DNA from: Malacoraja senta
Taxonomy: Eukaryota
NCBI GenBank assembly: GCA_038087875.1
Contig: CM075991.1
Coordinates: 13,206,001 to 13,270,000, forward strand
Direction: 5' to 3'
Length of the DNA: 64,000 nucleotides
Shown here: one piece after another, positions 62,284 to 64,000 of the stretch
How positions within the stretch are numbered: the stretch's first letter is position 1
Layout: the number at the start of each line of letters is the position of its first letter
The notes under the pieces: generated by a model
Seen by the model: only the letters and a program-made list of their open reading frames with translations
Database searches by the model: none
Told to the model about the DNA's origin: nothing
Program-made: the position numbers and the translations under genes

Positions 62284-64000
62284 TCTTCTTCATGCGTATG
62301 GCGTGCGCAGCCTAAAGTTGTAGATCAAGGGTAGACATCCAAGCCAGGACACCATCAGTTACTGGGTGGATGGCTTTGATGCCCCCAGGGAAAAGCCTCA
62401 GTGGGCAGTCTCTCAGTGACCAGATGTGTGGTCTGGTCTGAATGTCCGCAGTCGCAAGCAGGGCTGTCTGTCATTCCCCACTTATGCAGGTGAAGGGCTG
62501 TTCTTGCATTGATGGTGTGGACTCTGTTCAGGGTTAGCCATTGCTTGTCAAAACCCAGTGGTTTCACTGTGGCGTCTGTAATGACCTCCCCGTTGTTGGT
62601 GTTGCCATCTTTCCAGGCTCTGCGCCACTCAGTCTTGGAGTCAAAGTCTTCCAGGGATTTAACGGAAGACCAGAAGGGTTTGCGTGACTTCAGGCGCATG
62701 TTGGGCAGATTGTTCAAGTCAGCATGGATGGGAAGGTCAGGGTTAGCCTCGATGGTGCACCAATCTTTCAACATCCTCTCCCTTCTGCGTATGCTGGGAG
62801 CGGCGATATGAGAGAGGACAGGGAGCCACTGCAAAGGTGTTCACTTAAGCGTCCCTGTGATGACCCGCATTGCAGAGTTAAGGACAGTGTCAACTCGTTT
62901 GGTGTGGCAGCTATTAGCTCAAGCTGCTGAGCAAAACTCGGCCTAAGCTTGCGGTACGGAGGGTGTGTGCATTGGATCCCCAGCTGTTGCCTGCAAGTTT
63001 CCTGATGATGTTGACCCTTGCTTTCAGTTTATCAGCCACCCTCTTCAGGTGTTCATGATAGGTGAGGGTACGATCCGGGGTGACTCCAAGGTACTTGGGG
63101 AATTCTTCATTCTTCATCGGTTATCACGAAAGGACACTCTGAGCTTTGCATTGGCGAGCCGATTGCTGAGGTGAAAGGCAGTGACAGTTGTCTTAGATGG
63201 GTTAGGGCTAAGTCGCCAGAAGGTGAAGTACTCCTCCATCCCCTTCAAGTCTTGGGTTAGTACTCTGCTGATATCCTCAAAGGCAGCTCCCTGGTAGGCA
63301 ACAGCAAGGTCATCTACATATGCAAACTTCCTGGACGAGGTAGTTGGCATGTCACTCACATAAATGTTGAAGAGTACGGGAGCTAGGACAGAGCCCTGGG
63401 GGAGACCATCATTCAGGGTCCTGACAGAGCTGGTCTGGTTCCCAAGCGAGACCCTGAATCTACGGTTGCTGAGGATGGATGAGAGGGCACGCATGGTGAT
63501 TTGGCACTTCAAGATTCTGGAAGCTTCCAGCAACAGACCATGTCTCCACACAGTGTCATAAGCTGATGACAGATCGATGAGAGCAACACCAGTTTTCAGG
63601 GCACGTTGGAAGCCAGCCTCTATATTGGTAGTGAGGGCAAGTACTTGATCTGCGCAGCTTCTACCAGGTCTAAAGCCAGCTTGCTCTCTGGGCAGAACAG
63701 GTTCTACCAATGGAGAAATCCTGGCAAGCAGGAGCCGCTCAAACAGCTTGTAGGATATGCACAAGAGGGAGATGGGTCGGTAACTAGCAGGATCATCAGC
63801 AGATTTCCCAGGCTCGAGGATGGCGATGACTTTAGACTCTCCCCAGGCCTTAGGGATAATTCCACTACAATGAACATGGGTGAAAAAAGCAGCTGGCCAG
63901 TTGCGTCCATGGGGGCCAAGGTGCTTCAGAAATTCCAGGTAGATCCCATCAACTCCTGCTGCTTTCCCAGCTTTAGTAGAGGACAGGCCTTTGTCTACAT
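62284..64000 (-). mobile_element. Second Ingi/Vingi-clade LINE family, frameshifted, running off the window
   Basis: EQAGFRPGRS, IDLSSAYDTVW, RKLAGNSWGS and CDCGH motifs. (GAA)n tail. Confidence 0.85.

Noticed and set aside
34351-64000. Expected neighbours (H2AZ2, MYO1G) or further IL-1 paralogues downstream of PURB
   Set aside because: No matching exons were recognised by eye, though small divergent exons could have been missed.

Overview
This is vertebrate genomic DNA, most likely from a cartilaginous fish (skate/ray-type repeats; inference). Three genes are supported. (1) The 3' half of CKAP2L (+, five exons, 4371-7379), which starts just after a 200-N gap. (2) A spliced, strongly divergent IL-1-family (beta-trefoil) cytokine gene on the - strand, of which the ORF track shows only fragments. 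Its core exons are 10375-10501, 8744-8868 and 8220-8408. Its putative TATA/ETS/C-EBP promoter and non-coding first exon occur twice (18181-18665 and 20121-20591), flanking an L1 fragment. (3) Intronless PURB (+, 24475-25353) with a ~9 kb transposon-free 3' region. The CKAP2L-IL1-PURB order is the known fish IL-1beta neighbourhood, but this protein does not look like canonical IL-1beta. Bases 1-3981 are ~99.9% identical to 38966-42945 and end at the gap, which suggests a haplotype or assembly duplication. The rest is transposon-rich: Tc1, Penelope with hammerhead-like mini-elements, Rex1/Babar, Nimb/I, L1, CR1, Vingi plus a partner short element, V-SINEs, MITEs and a DIRS-like palindrome. All gene models are read by eye and have no transcript support.
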